Translations under genes and position numbers: made by a program
The notes under the pieces: model-generated
Database searches by the model: none
The model's input: only the letters and a program-made list of their open reading frames with translations
What the model was told of the DNA's origin: nothing
In this document: positions 39,713 through 53,970 of the stretch, one piece after another
How the letters are laid out: each line of letters opens with the position of its first letter
Position numbering within the stretch: the stretch's first letter is position 1
Source of the DNA: Laetmonice hystrix
Lineage: Eukaryota
Reading direction: 5' to 3'
Assembly (NCBI GenBank): GCA_965235115.1
Contig: OZ249436.1
Span: 5,458,001-5,522,000 of the forward strand
DNA length: 64,000 nt

Positions 39713-41997
39713 TTCTGTAGTTGAACCAAGACCTGCCTGCCAGTGCCATGTATAGATTCTGTAGTTGAACCAAGACCTGCCTGCCAGTGCCATGTATAGA
39801 TTCTGTAGTTGAACCAAGACCTGCCTGCCAGTGCCATGTATAGATTCTGTAGTTGAACCAAGCCCTGCCTGCCAGTGCCATGTATAGATTCTGTAGTTGA
39901 ACCAAGACCTGCAGTGCCATGTATAGATTCTGTAGTTGAACCAAGACCTGCCTGCCAGTGCCATGTATAGATTCTGTAGTTGAACCAAGACCTGCCTGCC
40001 AGTGCCATGTATAGATTCTGTAGTTGAACCAAGACCTGCCTGCCAGTGCCATGTATAGATTCTGTAGTTGAACCAAGACCTGCCTGCCAGTGCCATGTAT
40101 AGATTCTGTAGTTGAACCAAGCCCTGCCTGCCAGTGCCATGTATAGATTCTGTAGTTGAACCAAGACCTGCAGTGCCATGTATAGATTCTGTAGTTGAAC
40201 CAAGACCTGCCTGCCAGTGCCATGTATGGATTCTGTAGTTTAACCAAGACCTGCCTGCCAGTGCCATGTATAGATTCTGTAGTTGAACCAAGACCTGCCT
40301 GCCAGTGCCATGTATAGATTCTGTAGTTGAACCAAGACCTGCCTGCCAGTGCCATGTATAGATTCTGTCGTTGAACCAAGACCTGCCTGCCAGTGCCATG
40401 TATAGATTCTGTAGTTGAACCAAGACCTGCCTGCCAGTGCCATGTATAGATTCTGTAGTTGAACCAAGACCTGCCTGCCAGTGCCATGTATAGATTCTGT
40501 AGTTGAACCAAGACCTGCCTGCCAGTGCCATGTATAGATTCTGTAGTTGAACCAAGACCTGCCTACCAGTGCATATATGGATTCTGTAGTTGAACCAAGA
40601 CCTGCCTGCCAGTGCCATGTATAGATTCTGTAGTTGAACCAAGACCTGCCTGCCAGTGCCATGTATAGATTCTGTAGTTGAACCAAGACCTGCCTGCCAG
40701 TGCCATGTATAGATTCTGTAGTTGAACCAAGACCTGCCTGCCAGTGCCATATATGGATTCTGTAGTTGAACCAAGACCTGCCTGCCAGTGCCATGTATAG
40801 ATTCTGTAGTTGAACCAAGACCTGCCTGCCAGTGCCATGTATAGATTCTGTAGTTGAACCAAGACCTGCCTGCCAGTGCCATGTATAGATTCTGTAGTTG
40901 AACCAAGACCTGCCTGCCAGTGCCATGTATAGATTCTGTAGTTGAACCAAGACCTGCCTGCCAGTGCCATGTATAGATTCTGTAGTTGAACCAAGACCTG
41001 CCTGCCAGTGCCATGTATAGATTCTGTAGTTGAACCAAGACCTGCCTGCCAGTGCCATGTATAGATTCTGTAGTTGAACCAAGACCTGCCTGCCAGTGCC
41101 ATATATGGATTCTGTAGTTGAACCAAGACCTGCCTGCCAGTGTCATGTATAGATTCTGTAGTTGAACCAAGACCTGCCTGCCAGTGTCATGTATAGATTC
41201 TGTAGTTGAACCAAGACCTGCCTGCCAGTGCCATGTATAGATTCTGTAGTTGAACCAAGACCTGCCTGCCAGTGCCATGTATAGATTCTGTAGTTGAACC
41301 AAGACCTGCCTGCCAGTGCCATGTATAGATTCTGTAGTTGAACCAAGACCTGCCTGCCAGTGCCATGTATAGATTCTGTAGTTGAACCAAGACCTGCCTA
41401 CCAGTGCATATATGGATTCTGTAGTTGAACCAAGACCTGCCTGCCAGTGCCATGTATAGATTCTGTAGTTGAACCAAGACCTGCCTGCCAGTGCCATGCA
41501 TAGATTCTGTAGTTGAACCAAGACCTGCCTGCCAGTGCCATGCATAGATTCTGTAGTTGAACCAAGACCTGCCTGCCAGTGCCATGTATAGATTCTGTAG
41601 TTGAACCAAGACCTGCCTGCCAGTGCCATGTATAGATTCTGTAGTTGAACCAAGACCTGCCTGCCAGTGCCATGTATAGATTCTGTAGTTGAACCAAGAC
41701 CTGCCTGCCAGTGCCATGTATAGATTCTGTAGTTGAACCAAGACCTGCCTGCCAGTGCCATATATGGATTCTGTAGTTGAACCAAGACCTGCCTGCCAGT
41801 GCCATGTATAGATTCTGTAGTTGAACCAAGACCTGCCTGCCAGTGCCATGTATAGATTCTGTAGTTGAACCAAGACCTGCCTGCCAGTGCCATGTATAGA
41901 TTCTGTAGTTGAACCAAGACCTGCCTGCCAGTGCCATGTATAGATTCTGTAGTTGAACCAAGACCTGCCTGCCAGTGCCATATATGGATTCTGTAGT
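39712..41997. repeat. 44-bp minisatellite (GATTCTGTAGTTGAACCAAGACCTGCCTGCCAGTGCCATGTATA)
   Basis: About 52 highly similar tandem copies. Confidence 0.98.
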
Positions 41998-42551
41998 CTG
42001 TACGGAATCTGAATTAGATCTGAACACTTCAGATTACGACGCACAAAAACTCTGCACAGGATGAAGTCTGTCTCTCGTACAAAGTGAGGAAATGACCGAA
42101 AACCGACATTTCTAATGGCCTTACCCTCACAAATCAATACATAGCTTACATTGTATACTATAAGGGAATAGTGCTTGTCACGGGGTAATAGCTAGGATTA
42201 ATGATGCCAGCATGTAGATATAGAGGTCTATAATATGGGGAGGACATCGATACAATGCCTGTTACTCCTCCTATATAAATGACCCAATTGTACGTGGGCT
42301 GCAAATCATACGTTCTCTATCAAGCCGAACGCATCAGGAATCATTTGTCTCCACCATGGAAGCAGGGGTTGTATAGAAGCTTTTCATTTTGGTACCCCGA
42401 TCACCGTTTTTCAAGTACCCCTCACCCCGAAAAAAGGAAGAAGAAGAAAAAAGACATTCATAGAGACGGTCAGCGACACGGTGTTTCAAAGACCACAAAG
42501 TGCTACGTTTGCTATCCTATCGAAGCCCAAATCTCTGGTCCAAACATCTGG

Positions 42552-43123
42552 CTGTCGCTCACATAAATGTCCAGACAAAGCTGTCTCATCTCGGTCACAC
42601 TATCTGTCGCTCAAATAAATGTCCAGGCAATGCTGTCTCACCTTGATCACACTGTCTGTCGCTTACATAAATGTCCAGGCAATGCTGTCTCATCTCGGCC
42701 ACACTATCTGTCGCTCACATAAATGTCCAGGCAATGCTGTCTCATCTCGGTCACACTATCTGTCGCTCACATAAATGTCCAGGCAAAGCTGTCTCATCTC
42801 GGTCACACTATCTGTCGCTCAAATAAATGTCCAGGCAAAGCTGTCTCATCTCGGTCACACTATCTGTCGCTCACATAAATGTCCAGGCAATGCTGCCTCA
42901 TCTCGGTCACACTATCTGTCGCTCACATAAATGTCCAGGCAAAGCTGTCTCATCTCGGTCACACTATCTGTCGCTCACATAAATGTCCAGGCAATGCTGT
43001 CTCATCTCGGTCACACTATCTGTCGCTCAAATAAATGTCCAGGCAATGCTGTCTCATCTCGAACACACTATCTGTCGCTCACATAAATGTCCAGGCAATG
43101 CTGTCTCATCTCGGTCACACTAT
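42552..43123. repeat. 52-bp minisatellite
   Basis: TGTCGCTCACATAAATGTCCAGGCAATGCTGTCTCATCTCGGTCACACTATC, about 11 copies. Confidence 0.95.
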
Positions 43124-44259
43124 TTCATGTTGAATGCAGAACTGGAAGTCGATTTGAGTAGTGTCTCTTCATGTATTGCTCTCATTCTTTTCTCGCAATC
43201 AGAACATTTCTCAAAAAAAATCATAGGCCTAAGTTTGTGTGGCCATATACAGGGAATCGTAGTGGACTCTCCGTACAAAGGATTATCAGGCAAACATCCA
43301 TTCTTATTGTAATATTATTGTAAGATTAACTCAAGACTCGTTCTTGTAGACAAAGATATATGGATACCGGCGTAATAATACTACTTGGAATAACATATCA
43401 ATTTACGCCAGTCGTCCTGCTTACACTCCATGGTGGTGCATGGCTCCATGCCAGTTCAATAAGTATTCGATGAACTTATGTTTCCTCCCGATTACTAATC
43501 CAAAAGTTTCTAGATTGCAATGAGTCATACTGTTGATTTCTTCATGGACCGTCTCATTTTACACGGGGGTGGGGGGTAGAACACTTCTCCTCAACCGGAA
43601 AACACTACAAATTGCTGATAACTTGCCTCCATGTTCAAGGTTATTTGATTTCGTTAAAATGCGTCCTCCAATGCAGTTTCTTAAATGAGGCGGCTGAGGG
43701 GAGTGAAAAGAATGATTGGTGATCAGTGGCAGCCTGAAGTCTCGCTGAATTCCCGGTAAGTAGATCTGGGAACCCCATTAGAGTCTACCACCACTTCTGT
43801 GTCCCACTGACCATGCGCAGGCCAGCGCGTTGACGGGGAGGAGTGTGCGTGACTGTAAAGACGTGATGGCCGTTTCCTAGAGAAAACTATTCGGAACTCC
43901 TCGGCCTTTACAGTCAGTTTCTGTCATCGAGAAATAACTTCGCCATAAACGGACGTTCACCATTCATGTCCACTTTCTGTGGATCTATATGATAAATACG
44001 TAAATTTTACACAAAGGAATAATTATACTAGATGACGTTACGACGTATCGCCAGTTTCGAAGGGTTGATTGTGTGAAGTCCCATTGGCCTGGTCGAAGTA
44101 ATTATGTGCTACAACTGGGATGTAAGGAGGTAACTAAAAGCCGAAGGCCTGTTGGGGGTTGGGATGAAATTTAGTAAGTGATTAGTGTGGCTTACAGGCG
44201 AGAGGTCTCACGTTTATTTGTTGTTAATTCTTGTTTACTGCTGGCTCTTTTCCTCAAAT

Positions 44260-44518
44260 TAGAAATAGACGTTCCGGGATGAGGGTCCTTCATTGAGGGA
44301 AGTAGGCCTATGGAACTCGATGCCTGGCGCATGAATACGGCACTCCACCTTCGGTGTCGTGCTGTATTCATGCGCCAGGCAGGGCCGTGCCCAAAGATTG
44401 GTCTTTGGCACCCAGAGGGGTTACAGACACCCCCCCCCCCCTCTGGGCACGGCCCTGCCAGGCATCTCGTTCCATACTTCCCCCCAATGAAGGACCCTCA
44501 TCCCGTTACGTATTTCTA
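44260..44518. mobile_element. Palindromic MITE containing a nested 78-bp mini-element
   Basis: Arms CGGGATGAGGGTCCTTCATTG...GATGCCTGGCGCATGAATAC pair with the right half; nested CAGGGCCGTGCCCA...TGGGCACGGCCCTG (44380-44457) with TSD CCAGG. Confidence 0.85.
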
Positions 44519-46372
44519 TCCCTCTACAAGTAAGATACATATCTATGCCCTTCAAAAGCTATGTTCAGAAGGACAAAGGAGGTAGGCCTACTGGTTAGTG
44601 GTACTACATCCATTTAGAAGAGCCATGTCGTACTTTTCTCAGCCTTGCACCCTCCCGGCTCCAAGTGGACACTGTGTGACTCATCATACTGTCAGTGTTT
44701 GACCATCAGCACGTATTGCCAGACTACGACAGAACGTGGATCCATGGACTACTTCCGGTCCAATCACCAGTTCATGGGAGACAGACCCGAGTTTATCTAT
44801 CGGCGATACTTTCAGACGTGACCATTCACTACATGTTACCAATGGTAATGGTACCAATGGTACCCATGGTACCAATGGCAATGGTAATGGTGCCAATGGT
44901 GAGCCTTATAGATCTAGAGAGAGAAGGTTCCGCTGGACCTCCAGGGAGGTGTCCCATAGAACCGTCTTGTTTTGGTAAGATGTAACCATTGTGCCTACCA
45001 CAACCAATATCTTGCAGGAGTTAACATCTTCCGAGGCACTAAAAATGTGAAGGCTAGATTTGATTCTTACAAACAATAATTATTTTTCAAGATATTAATT
45101 ATAATTATCAAGATCAGGGTAACAAGGACTGGCACCAACGTGCCCTAGACGAAAGGCGTCACTTCGCGTCAAAGTCCACCTAGTTGCAGCCATTGGTGGT
45201 AAATTCGGGTCGTACGTCCGGAACCAATATTGTACATTGCTGTCTGAAATTGTTGTGGTTCTTTATCACAAGGAATTGTAAGCTTTCACTCGCACAAAAG
45301 AAGATTATTTGGACAGGCTCGCATGTCTATTAATCAAGACACCGTTTTCAGCCTCCTGTCTATCCAACTGAAATGACACAAAACGTTAACTAAATTGGCC
45401 ATGACACCGGTTAAAAATCAAATTGGACTAAAAGCAAAAACTTTTTCGCTGTCAATTTTAATTTTAATAGGGAGATGCTGTTTGTCGAAAGGATACTAGA
45501 TTGAACTGTATGCCTCTCGTCACTTAAGTTTTAACATGCCAACTTGTGAATTGCCATCGCACACTCAGGCAGCATAATGACAAGTTGACACAGAGATTTA
45601 TATGAATATCAATCACACTACTTACACACCAGCCAAACAGAGTAAGATTAAATTCGCTTACTTTGCAAAATTATCCTGAAAATTATACGAAATCACATTA
45701 TGTTGAACGAAACGATCAACTGAACAGCTCTCTGTAGGGAATGTAAGACCAGGACGAACCTTTTACTGTCTGGAGAAAAGTGCAGGTCGCATTAGGATAA
45801 ACACTATTGATCAACAGTGCCTGTAAATCCTGATACAAATAACCAACTCTTATCACTGCTTACATCCCCCCCCCCCCCTCCGCGGCAGGCAAGTCGGGAA
45901 AACTCGGCCAGCATTCAGCCATTACCATAGAAACTGAACCCGGGTCCAGGCCGAGAACGCGGGTCCAGGCCCCGGTTAGAATATTCCTTAAAGGGAACTC
46001 CTGGCATGCTTTCAACAAGTGCGGCATGTCTAGGGGAAGCGGGTTACTAAGGTCCCTGAATGAAACAGGCAGGGCCCATTGTGAACCGGCTCTGGGTGGG
46101 AGATGGCGACTAGTTCCGACAGGAAGGAAAGAGCTTCTCAATTTAAGCTGCACAATATGGAAGGACTGTGGCAGCGTATAGAAGAATAGCATTGTCTTTA
46201 CCGGCAAACCACCAGGACAAGAACTGTGAGAGTCGGCAGGAAACGCGGAGGTGGCCGAGACTTCTTCTCGGCGTCGATAAGAAAGCTGGTCACCTGAGAG
46301 ACGCCCGTCCTTATAAATCGAAATCGATCGAATAGATGTTTTAGTAGTGAATGACAAACCTAGCTATTCATA

Positions 46373-46514
46373 GAAATGGTAAGGTGAAAAAATGGATTTC
46401 CTGTGTCATACAAATGGTAAGGTGAAAAAATGGATTTCCTGTGTCATACAAATGGTAAGGTGAAAAAATGGATTTCCTGTGTCATACAAATGGTAAGGTG
46501 AAAAAATGGATTTC
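46373..46514. repeat. 38-bp tandem repeat, about 3.7 copies
   Basis: AAATGGTAAGGTGAAAAAATGGATTTCCTGTGTCATAC. Confidence 0.92.
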
Positions 46515-46946
46515 CAACAGGACTCTCTCTCTTGCCACGTTCGTCTATTCGTTAGTATTCAGTCAAACCGCTATGGCTGCTTATAAATAGGAATCTTTCT
46601 TTCCTTCTTATGTTCTAATTTCAACTTATAGGACACAAAATATTCCACCCATTCCCAAATCACTCATCTTGAAGAGGGTAGGATGGGCTCGTATTTCCTC
46701 TCTGCAAGGTTCCGGGAGAAATAACGTTGGCGACAACATCAAGATGTACGAGTAGGTCTACGTTTATTTCAAACCACACCGAAATTACACAGGCGTTGAC
46801 CAGGACAGAAAAGAACCTTTTAATTCTAAGCTGAAAAAGAACATGTTTCATTACACAAAGTTAGTAAGTGATATTTTGTGGGGTGGATAACTACATAACT
46901 CCGGGCGTGACAGATATACCTACGACCCATACGTTACAGGGAAAGC

Positions 46947-47112
46947 TCTGTGTGGCCAGACCCAGCCCTGTGTGTGGCCAGACCCAGCCCTGTGTGTGGC
47001 CAGACCCAGCCCTGTGTCTGGCCAGACACAGCCCTGTGTCTGGCCAGACCCAGCCCTGTGTCTGGCCAGACCCAGCCCTGTGTCTGGCCAGACCCAGCCC
47101 TGTGTCTGGCCA
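46947..47112. repeat. 22-bp minisatellite
   Basis: TGTGTCTGGCCAGACCCAGCCC, about 7.5 copies. Confidence 0.93.
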
Positions 47113-48969
47113 TTCTCCTGTCAACCCCACAGAACGCCATGTTGACTACACGCTGGCGTGATTGGTTTCCTGACAATCACGTGACTGGTGACGTCACAGT
47201 GAGACAGTGACCTTCGTTCCATAGTTCTTTACTGTGTACTTCCGCTACACCACGCATTAAGTGATGACGTCATAATGTTGGTCTACACACTCCATGATTG
47301 ACAGAATGGAAATATCTCCACCAATCACCTGGCCGTTCATTAATATACCACCAAACAACGGTCCTTCCCCCCTTCTCTTGTACTTTAGTCCCCTCCCATT
47401 TTGTTTGGTAAGATGTACAAGATCCACTCGTCATCACCCACGATCTGATGGTATACACCCTTTAAATACACGCCTCGATGGCAATACACTAATATCGAAT
47501 TGCTGGAAGCTGATACATAACATGTTTGTACTTTCAAACATAATCCGCACTTAGAAAAAAATTAATATGTAGAAGAATTAAAAACTCTAGGAATCTGGAA
47601 TAGACATTAGTTATGAATATATTTAGGCCTATATTGGTCTGAAATGTTAACGACTGCTATAGGAATCACATTTGCAAGAATGTAAGCAGGATTACTCGGC
47701 GTTCTGGTTGTGGCGTGACTGTTCAGTCGTGTCTTTACTAACGATTTATCTCTCTCCTAGTGGCGGTAACTGCTGCCGGCCCGACAAATAAATCCCTACA
47801 AGCTACTAAAAAGTTACCAACTACTGAAAAGGGACAATATTTACAACTACGCGGGGCTTAATCAACAATACAACACAACTTAGGAGGCTAATAATGTGCT
47901 GGGAACGACCGTCGGGGGTCCAGTAGGTGGCCACCGTGCGACGAGCTCTCAGGCCTCAATATCCATCAACTCTCCGCGTTATAACAATGTGCTGGCGCCA
48001 AGCCAGCCGGCCTTCGCTGAGCTGAACATGGCAAAAAATGATTAGACGTGTACGTGGGACCAAGCAGGGGAAGTCGTGCTCCACCATCAACAGTCCCCAC
48101 CAGTCCCGACCACCACCAACAGTCCCCACCAGTCCCCACCGCCACCAACAGTCCCCACCACCACCAACAGTCCCCACCACCACCGCACCACCTCACTGCG
48201 CGCCTCCTAACCTCTCCCTCCACGACACGCCACTTATTCATATACCTATATATTTAAGGCTGTTGGTTTGTGAAAGAAACGGCATGAGGATATTAAAACG
48301 GCATCAGGATATTGAAACAGACACAACACATCTCCATTTTAGCGGATGAAAATTGTTATTTGCTAGAAGCCAAATAACGTCAATATCCAGTCAAGCCTTT
48401 GGGGGACTTCCCAGAAATCACACCTCCGTCCTTACATACAAGGTTAGCTGAGTGACAACTGATGTAGCGTTGACCTTGGGCAAACGGAGACAGCATCCAT
48501 TGCGAGGATTCCGTCTGTCAGGTACAAAATGAATATCGTATTCTGATACAATATTACACGCACCGCCGGAGTATCAATACACCTCATTGAGAACACTCTC
48601 TGATCAGGAGGTGTGGCCGGGTAGCTTGTCCCGAGAATTGACCCATCCGAGGGTTTGGTCGGCAGGCGTATAGAGTGTCAGGTCAGAGTGTCCGGGTGCC
48701 TGCGATTCGCCGCCAAACGTCAGCTGAATTACCACGCCCTTGTGACAAGTGGCCATCACGGAATGTGCCCTGATCGGGCCTCACCCTCCCTCCCTCCTCG
48801 CCCGCTCGGCTGGCCGCCTCACGCGCTTCATACGGTCCACCAATAATGTTCTTGGTGCAGCTCCCTGATCTACAGCCACCTGCCTGGTAATAAGCCACGT
48901 GTTCGTTACACAGGACAACACATGACCCCCTGGCCTTCCCCGGCGGGGTCAGGGCGGCGCCAGTAATAC

Positions 48970-49866
48970 AATCAACTGACCACCACAAGAAATATATCCT
49001 GTGGTCTCAGAGAGAGAGAGAGAGGCAGAGACAGGGAGGTGCTCGTCACCAGTACAACACATGACTGGCCTACAAGAAATATGTCCTGTAGTCTGATAGA
49101 GAGAGGCAGAGACAGGAAGGTGCTCGTCACCAGTACAAAACAAGACTGGCCTACAAGAAATATGTCCTGTAGTCTGAGAGAGAGAGAGGCAGAGACAGGA
49201 AGGTGCTCGTCACCAGTACAAAACAAGACTGGCCTACAAGAAATATGTCCTGTAGTCTGAGAGAGAGAGAGGCAGAGACATGGAGGTGCTCGTCTGGAGT
49301 ACAAAACATGACTGGCCTACACCTGACTATCAATCAACTGACCACCACAAGAAATATATCCTGTGGTCTCAGAGAGAGGCAGAGACAGGGAGGTGCTCGT
49401 CAGCAGTACAAAACAAGACTGGCCTACAAGAAATATGTCCTGTAGTCTGATAGAGAGAGGCAGAGACAGGGAGGTGCTCGTCACCAGTACAAAACAAGAC
49501 TGGCCTACAAGAAATATGTCCTGTAGTCTGAGAGAGAGAGGCAGAGACAGGGAGGTGCTCGTCACCAGTACAAAACAAGACTGGCCTACAAGAAATACGT
49601 CCTGTAGTCTGAGAGAGAGAGGCAGAGACAGGGAGGTGCTCGTCAGCAGTACAAAACATGACTGGCCTACAAGAAATATGTCATGTAGTCTGAGAGAGAG
49701 AGAGGCAGAGACAGGGGGGTGCTCGTCACCAGTACAAAACAAGACTGGCCTACACCTGACTATCAATCAACTGACCGCCACAAGAAATATATCCTGTAGT
49801 CTGAGAGAGAGAGGCAGAGACAGGGAGGTGCTCGTCACCAGTACAACACATGACTGGCCTGACTAT
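48970..49866. repeat. ~81-83-bp minisatellite with embedded (GA)n
   Basis: ACAAGAAATATGTCCTGTAGTCTGA(GA)nGGCAGAGACAGGGAGGTGCTCGTCACCAGTACAAAACAAGACTGGCCT, about 10 copies. Confidence 0.93.
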
Positions 49867-52495
49867 CGGAATCATACTGACGACTTGCCCTCGGCTTCAG
49901 AGGCCGCGGCAGTCGACAACAGCCGTGACAAGGAATTAATCAACGTTGTATAGAAGTTGTCTGAGGACTGGCAGTCGAGGCCAGTTCAATCAGCTTCAAA
50001 CAAAGAGTCCAGCAGCCATGTGAAGACATCATTCGGTCCTCGCCCCCCTGGGTAAGAACTGCAGTTGAAGGCAACTAAAGGTTGGCGCATTGCATGACAA
50101 TCAGTGGGACACCAACGGCCTGACCTCCACAGCCATGTCATCCCCTACATCACACTCAGCCCACAACAACTTCACAAACTTTGCTTCGTGCTTGAAACAA
50201 CCGCCCCCTTCCCAGCACTACACCTAACTCTATATATAGGTCTATTCATCATGACTTGTAAACCATAAGTTGTTCTGAAACACGTGGGCATGGGATCTCA
50301 GACGAAGATATCAATCAAGTTACTCTAAAATGTAATGGAAGGACAACCAAATAATTCAAACAACTTGGAAATGGCACAACCGAGCACGTTCTTATGTAGG
50401 TTGTCAGAGGGCACACCAGAACAGCTCTGCCAAGTGCAGTTCCGTTTTTAATCTTCTGGCTTCTTTGACAATGCGAAGAATATAGCGTCACGCAGCTTCC
50501 TGCTTACTCAAATGAGGGACTTTGGGCACAAACAAACCCTGTCCTAAATAATCAAAAGAATAATAACATCATTTATGATTTTAAACACTAAGGGAAAGAT
50601 TGAACATAAAAAAGGTTTCAAATAAATCTCAAGAAATCTGTCAAGAAGACTGTTGTATGCCAATTGCTCAAAGTTCAAATTTAACATCGCCTATACACCA
50701 CTCAACCTTAACTATAACCTTGAACTCGGTCAGTACACCATTGTAATCTACATTTGTAACATAGGGCGCCATGCAATACAGGCGTATTCCATTCTAAGTG
50801 TCTTGGGGACCACAGCTAATCCCACATACTTGCAACCGAATTGTGCACCGCCAGTCTGCGATTGCATGCCAGTCAGGCTGACCCTGAAGGTCAAGCAAAA
50901 ACACCTTATAGAATCGGTTTCTTGTTACTATGACGACGTAAAAGATGTAGCAAACAGTTACACCGACTGAGCACACTACGCCACAATGAACCGGGACACC
51001 TGACCCGAAAGGTCCACACGTTATGACGTCACTGACTGCAGACGACCTGCTGATATCCGGCCGACGTGACGTGCGTCAGATACGGCATACAATATAACCG
51101 TACAGAACCATTCGACGACAGAACCTTCAAGCCTGAGTAAACTGTCAATTCCTTGGCGCTTCTAGTAAAGCGATGGCCCTGGAGCTAGTTTTGGTGTGTG
51201 TGAGGTGGGCAGCTGATGTGTCGTTAGAGTTAGCAGAATGGGCTGGCTCACCGAAACACTTGCAGCGTGCCTCACGTCAGCCTGCCAATATGGCCCTAAT
51301 TCGTCTCCATGCCCACTATCTCTGAGTGCCGGTAATTTGAATATCTAAAAGCAAACGTACAACAAACCCGATGTAAGGAAAGCGCACCGTTACTCTAAAA
51401 CGGTCGTGCAAATTTCTGAGAGCAACGTACGGGGCGCTATTACTCACATCGGCACAAGAAACATACCTATCAACTTAACCCCCTGAAAACCTTTTCAATG
51501 CATATTAAGAAATGAGGTTCTATTTTTATATTGACATTATCCATTAAAACTAAGTTAATTGTTCCCCCTAACAAACCAAGACCCGTTATCTCAGTTCTTT
51601 TCCTCCTGATATTAGTGCTATAATCTCCTACAGGCCTGTAACACCTATTTATGGCTGCCGTTGTGGGAAACGGTCTGAACATACAGCGATACAAACCGAC
51701 GATATCTGGGTATATTTACATTTGACATGTCATGAAGGTCATCTTGACATCTGGAGCCAGGCCGGTTTAGTGTGGGATCGCCTCCTGATAGCTCACAGCA
51801 GGCTCTGTCAGTTCGGCCACAGCCCAATCCCACCGACTTAGTGGTAAAACAACATACAACTATCATATATATACGAAATTATATACACTGGGTTAAATCG
51901 ATCTTTCCTCGTTTGGTTAATAGTCTCACGTTGTGAGCTCAAATAGAACCACTGACTACTTTGTGCTCATGGCGGAGAATGGTAACACGTCCTTCCATAC
52001 GATACCTCCACCGTTCATCAACCGGTGCTGATGGCAAGTAGTCAACTCATCAGGTGATGATTTGTTTTCGTGTCGAGTGACGACTAAATCATACGCGATT
52101 TCTTGTTGGAGATCCCTATGGGAACTCCAAAACACCAGCAACAACCATTACATACCGATTTGGCCAACTTAACTGACAAAACTTCACGATCATCTGCAGC
52201 TCAATATAATACAAGGCTTTGAATCGCCTGAGCCGAATTCTCTTAAACATCCTTCATCTCTAGCAGCGGAGTGCAGCAATACTGAAGCCTTTTCATAAAT
52301 ATTTCCACGTAATAAAGACATAGCGTAAGTTCAGCATGGCTAACTGATTATAACTGAATATTTCTAACGAATCAGCCGTCTATCTCATTTGTATGTTTCT
52401 GGTATAATGTCAAAACTTTGTTATTTTCAAGTAGTTGTCTACGGACTTGATTCTAATGAGATTAGATTAACCGAGGCGTTTTTGCAGTAGGCAAT

Positions 52496-52501
52496 TTTAT
52501 T
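52496..52501 (-). promoter_or_regulatory. Candidate SMG1 polyadenylation signal (AATAAA)
   Basis: AATAAA on the minus strand about 830 nt after the SMG1 stop; the UTR may extend further. Confidence 0.4.
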
Positions 52502-53325
52502 TTAATAAAATATTCCTGTGTCAGAAATAAAATAACATGATCCGAAACAGTTATACTGGTTTCCAATAATCATAATCTACTAGGTAAGCATTAATTCGGT
52601 TCGGGAAGCCAGAGGCTGTTTTCTCCTGCTATTATTATGTCTTACTGGATCTATCCACCATCTGTATTTTTCCTGGGCGCACCTGTGCCCTCTCTCGTTA
52701 CGATCTCCCAAAACAAATGATATTTGCACCGCTATATAACCTCTCCAACCCATCGCCTCAGTAATTGCTATCATGCTTGATTTGAAGACAAATTCGTTAG
52801 TTCCACTGCTGGCCGCCAGGGTGTTGCTGTGGCCACAGAACACGTCGAGCGTTAGAAGTGGGGCGTTATCATTGTACACTTTCACTCCTCGTCCTACCAG
52901 GTACACTTGTAGCATGGGACGTCCGACGTGTTTAAGCAGATCGACAAGGTGAACAGCAGTCGGAGCATCACTCCGTATCATTACCAACACAAGCCTGTCC
53001 TCAGTAGGAGGTCTAACAAAGCGTTCATTTGCTCCTTTTATAGGCCCATCTGGCCGGGCCGCGGAGCCCCACTTTGCTGACCCCCATTTTATCTGGACAG
53101 AGGAATACTTCCCACTGATGGCGGTATGTCGCCTGAGCTTGGCTGTGTTTTCTTACTGGGGGCGCTCTTGTTGCTTGCTTGGTGACGGCTGATTCCAGCC
53201 GTGCCAGTATCTCAGAATCTCTTGCGGCCCGCTGTACGGCGGTTACTTCTGCTGCGAGATTGCTGCTAGGAGATACTGGGTTTGTGTGTATGAGGGCGCG
53301 CTGGCGCCGGTCATGTCAGGGCAGC

Positions 53326-53970
<645 letters not shown>

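Noticed and set aside
39593..42137. 774-aa and overlapping long minus-strand ORFs
   Set aside because: Translation of a stop-free 44-bp repeat in all three frames; not gene-like.
45860..46357. 165-aa minus-strand ORF
   Set aside because: No recognisable domain or splice context; at most a decayed retroelement.
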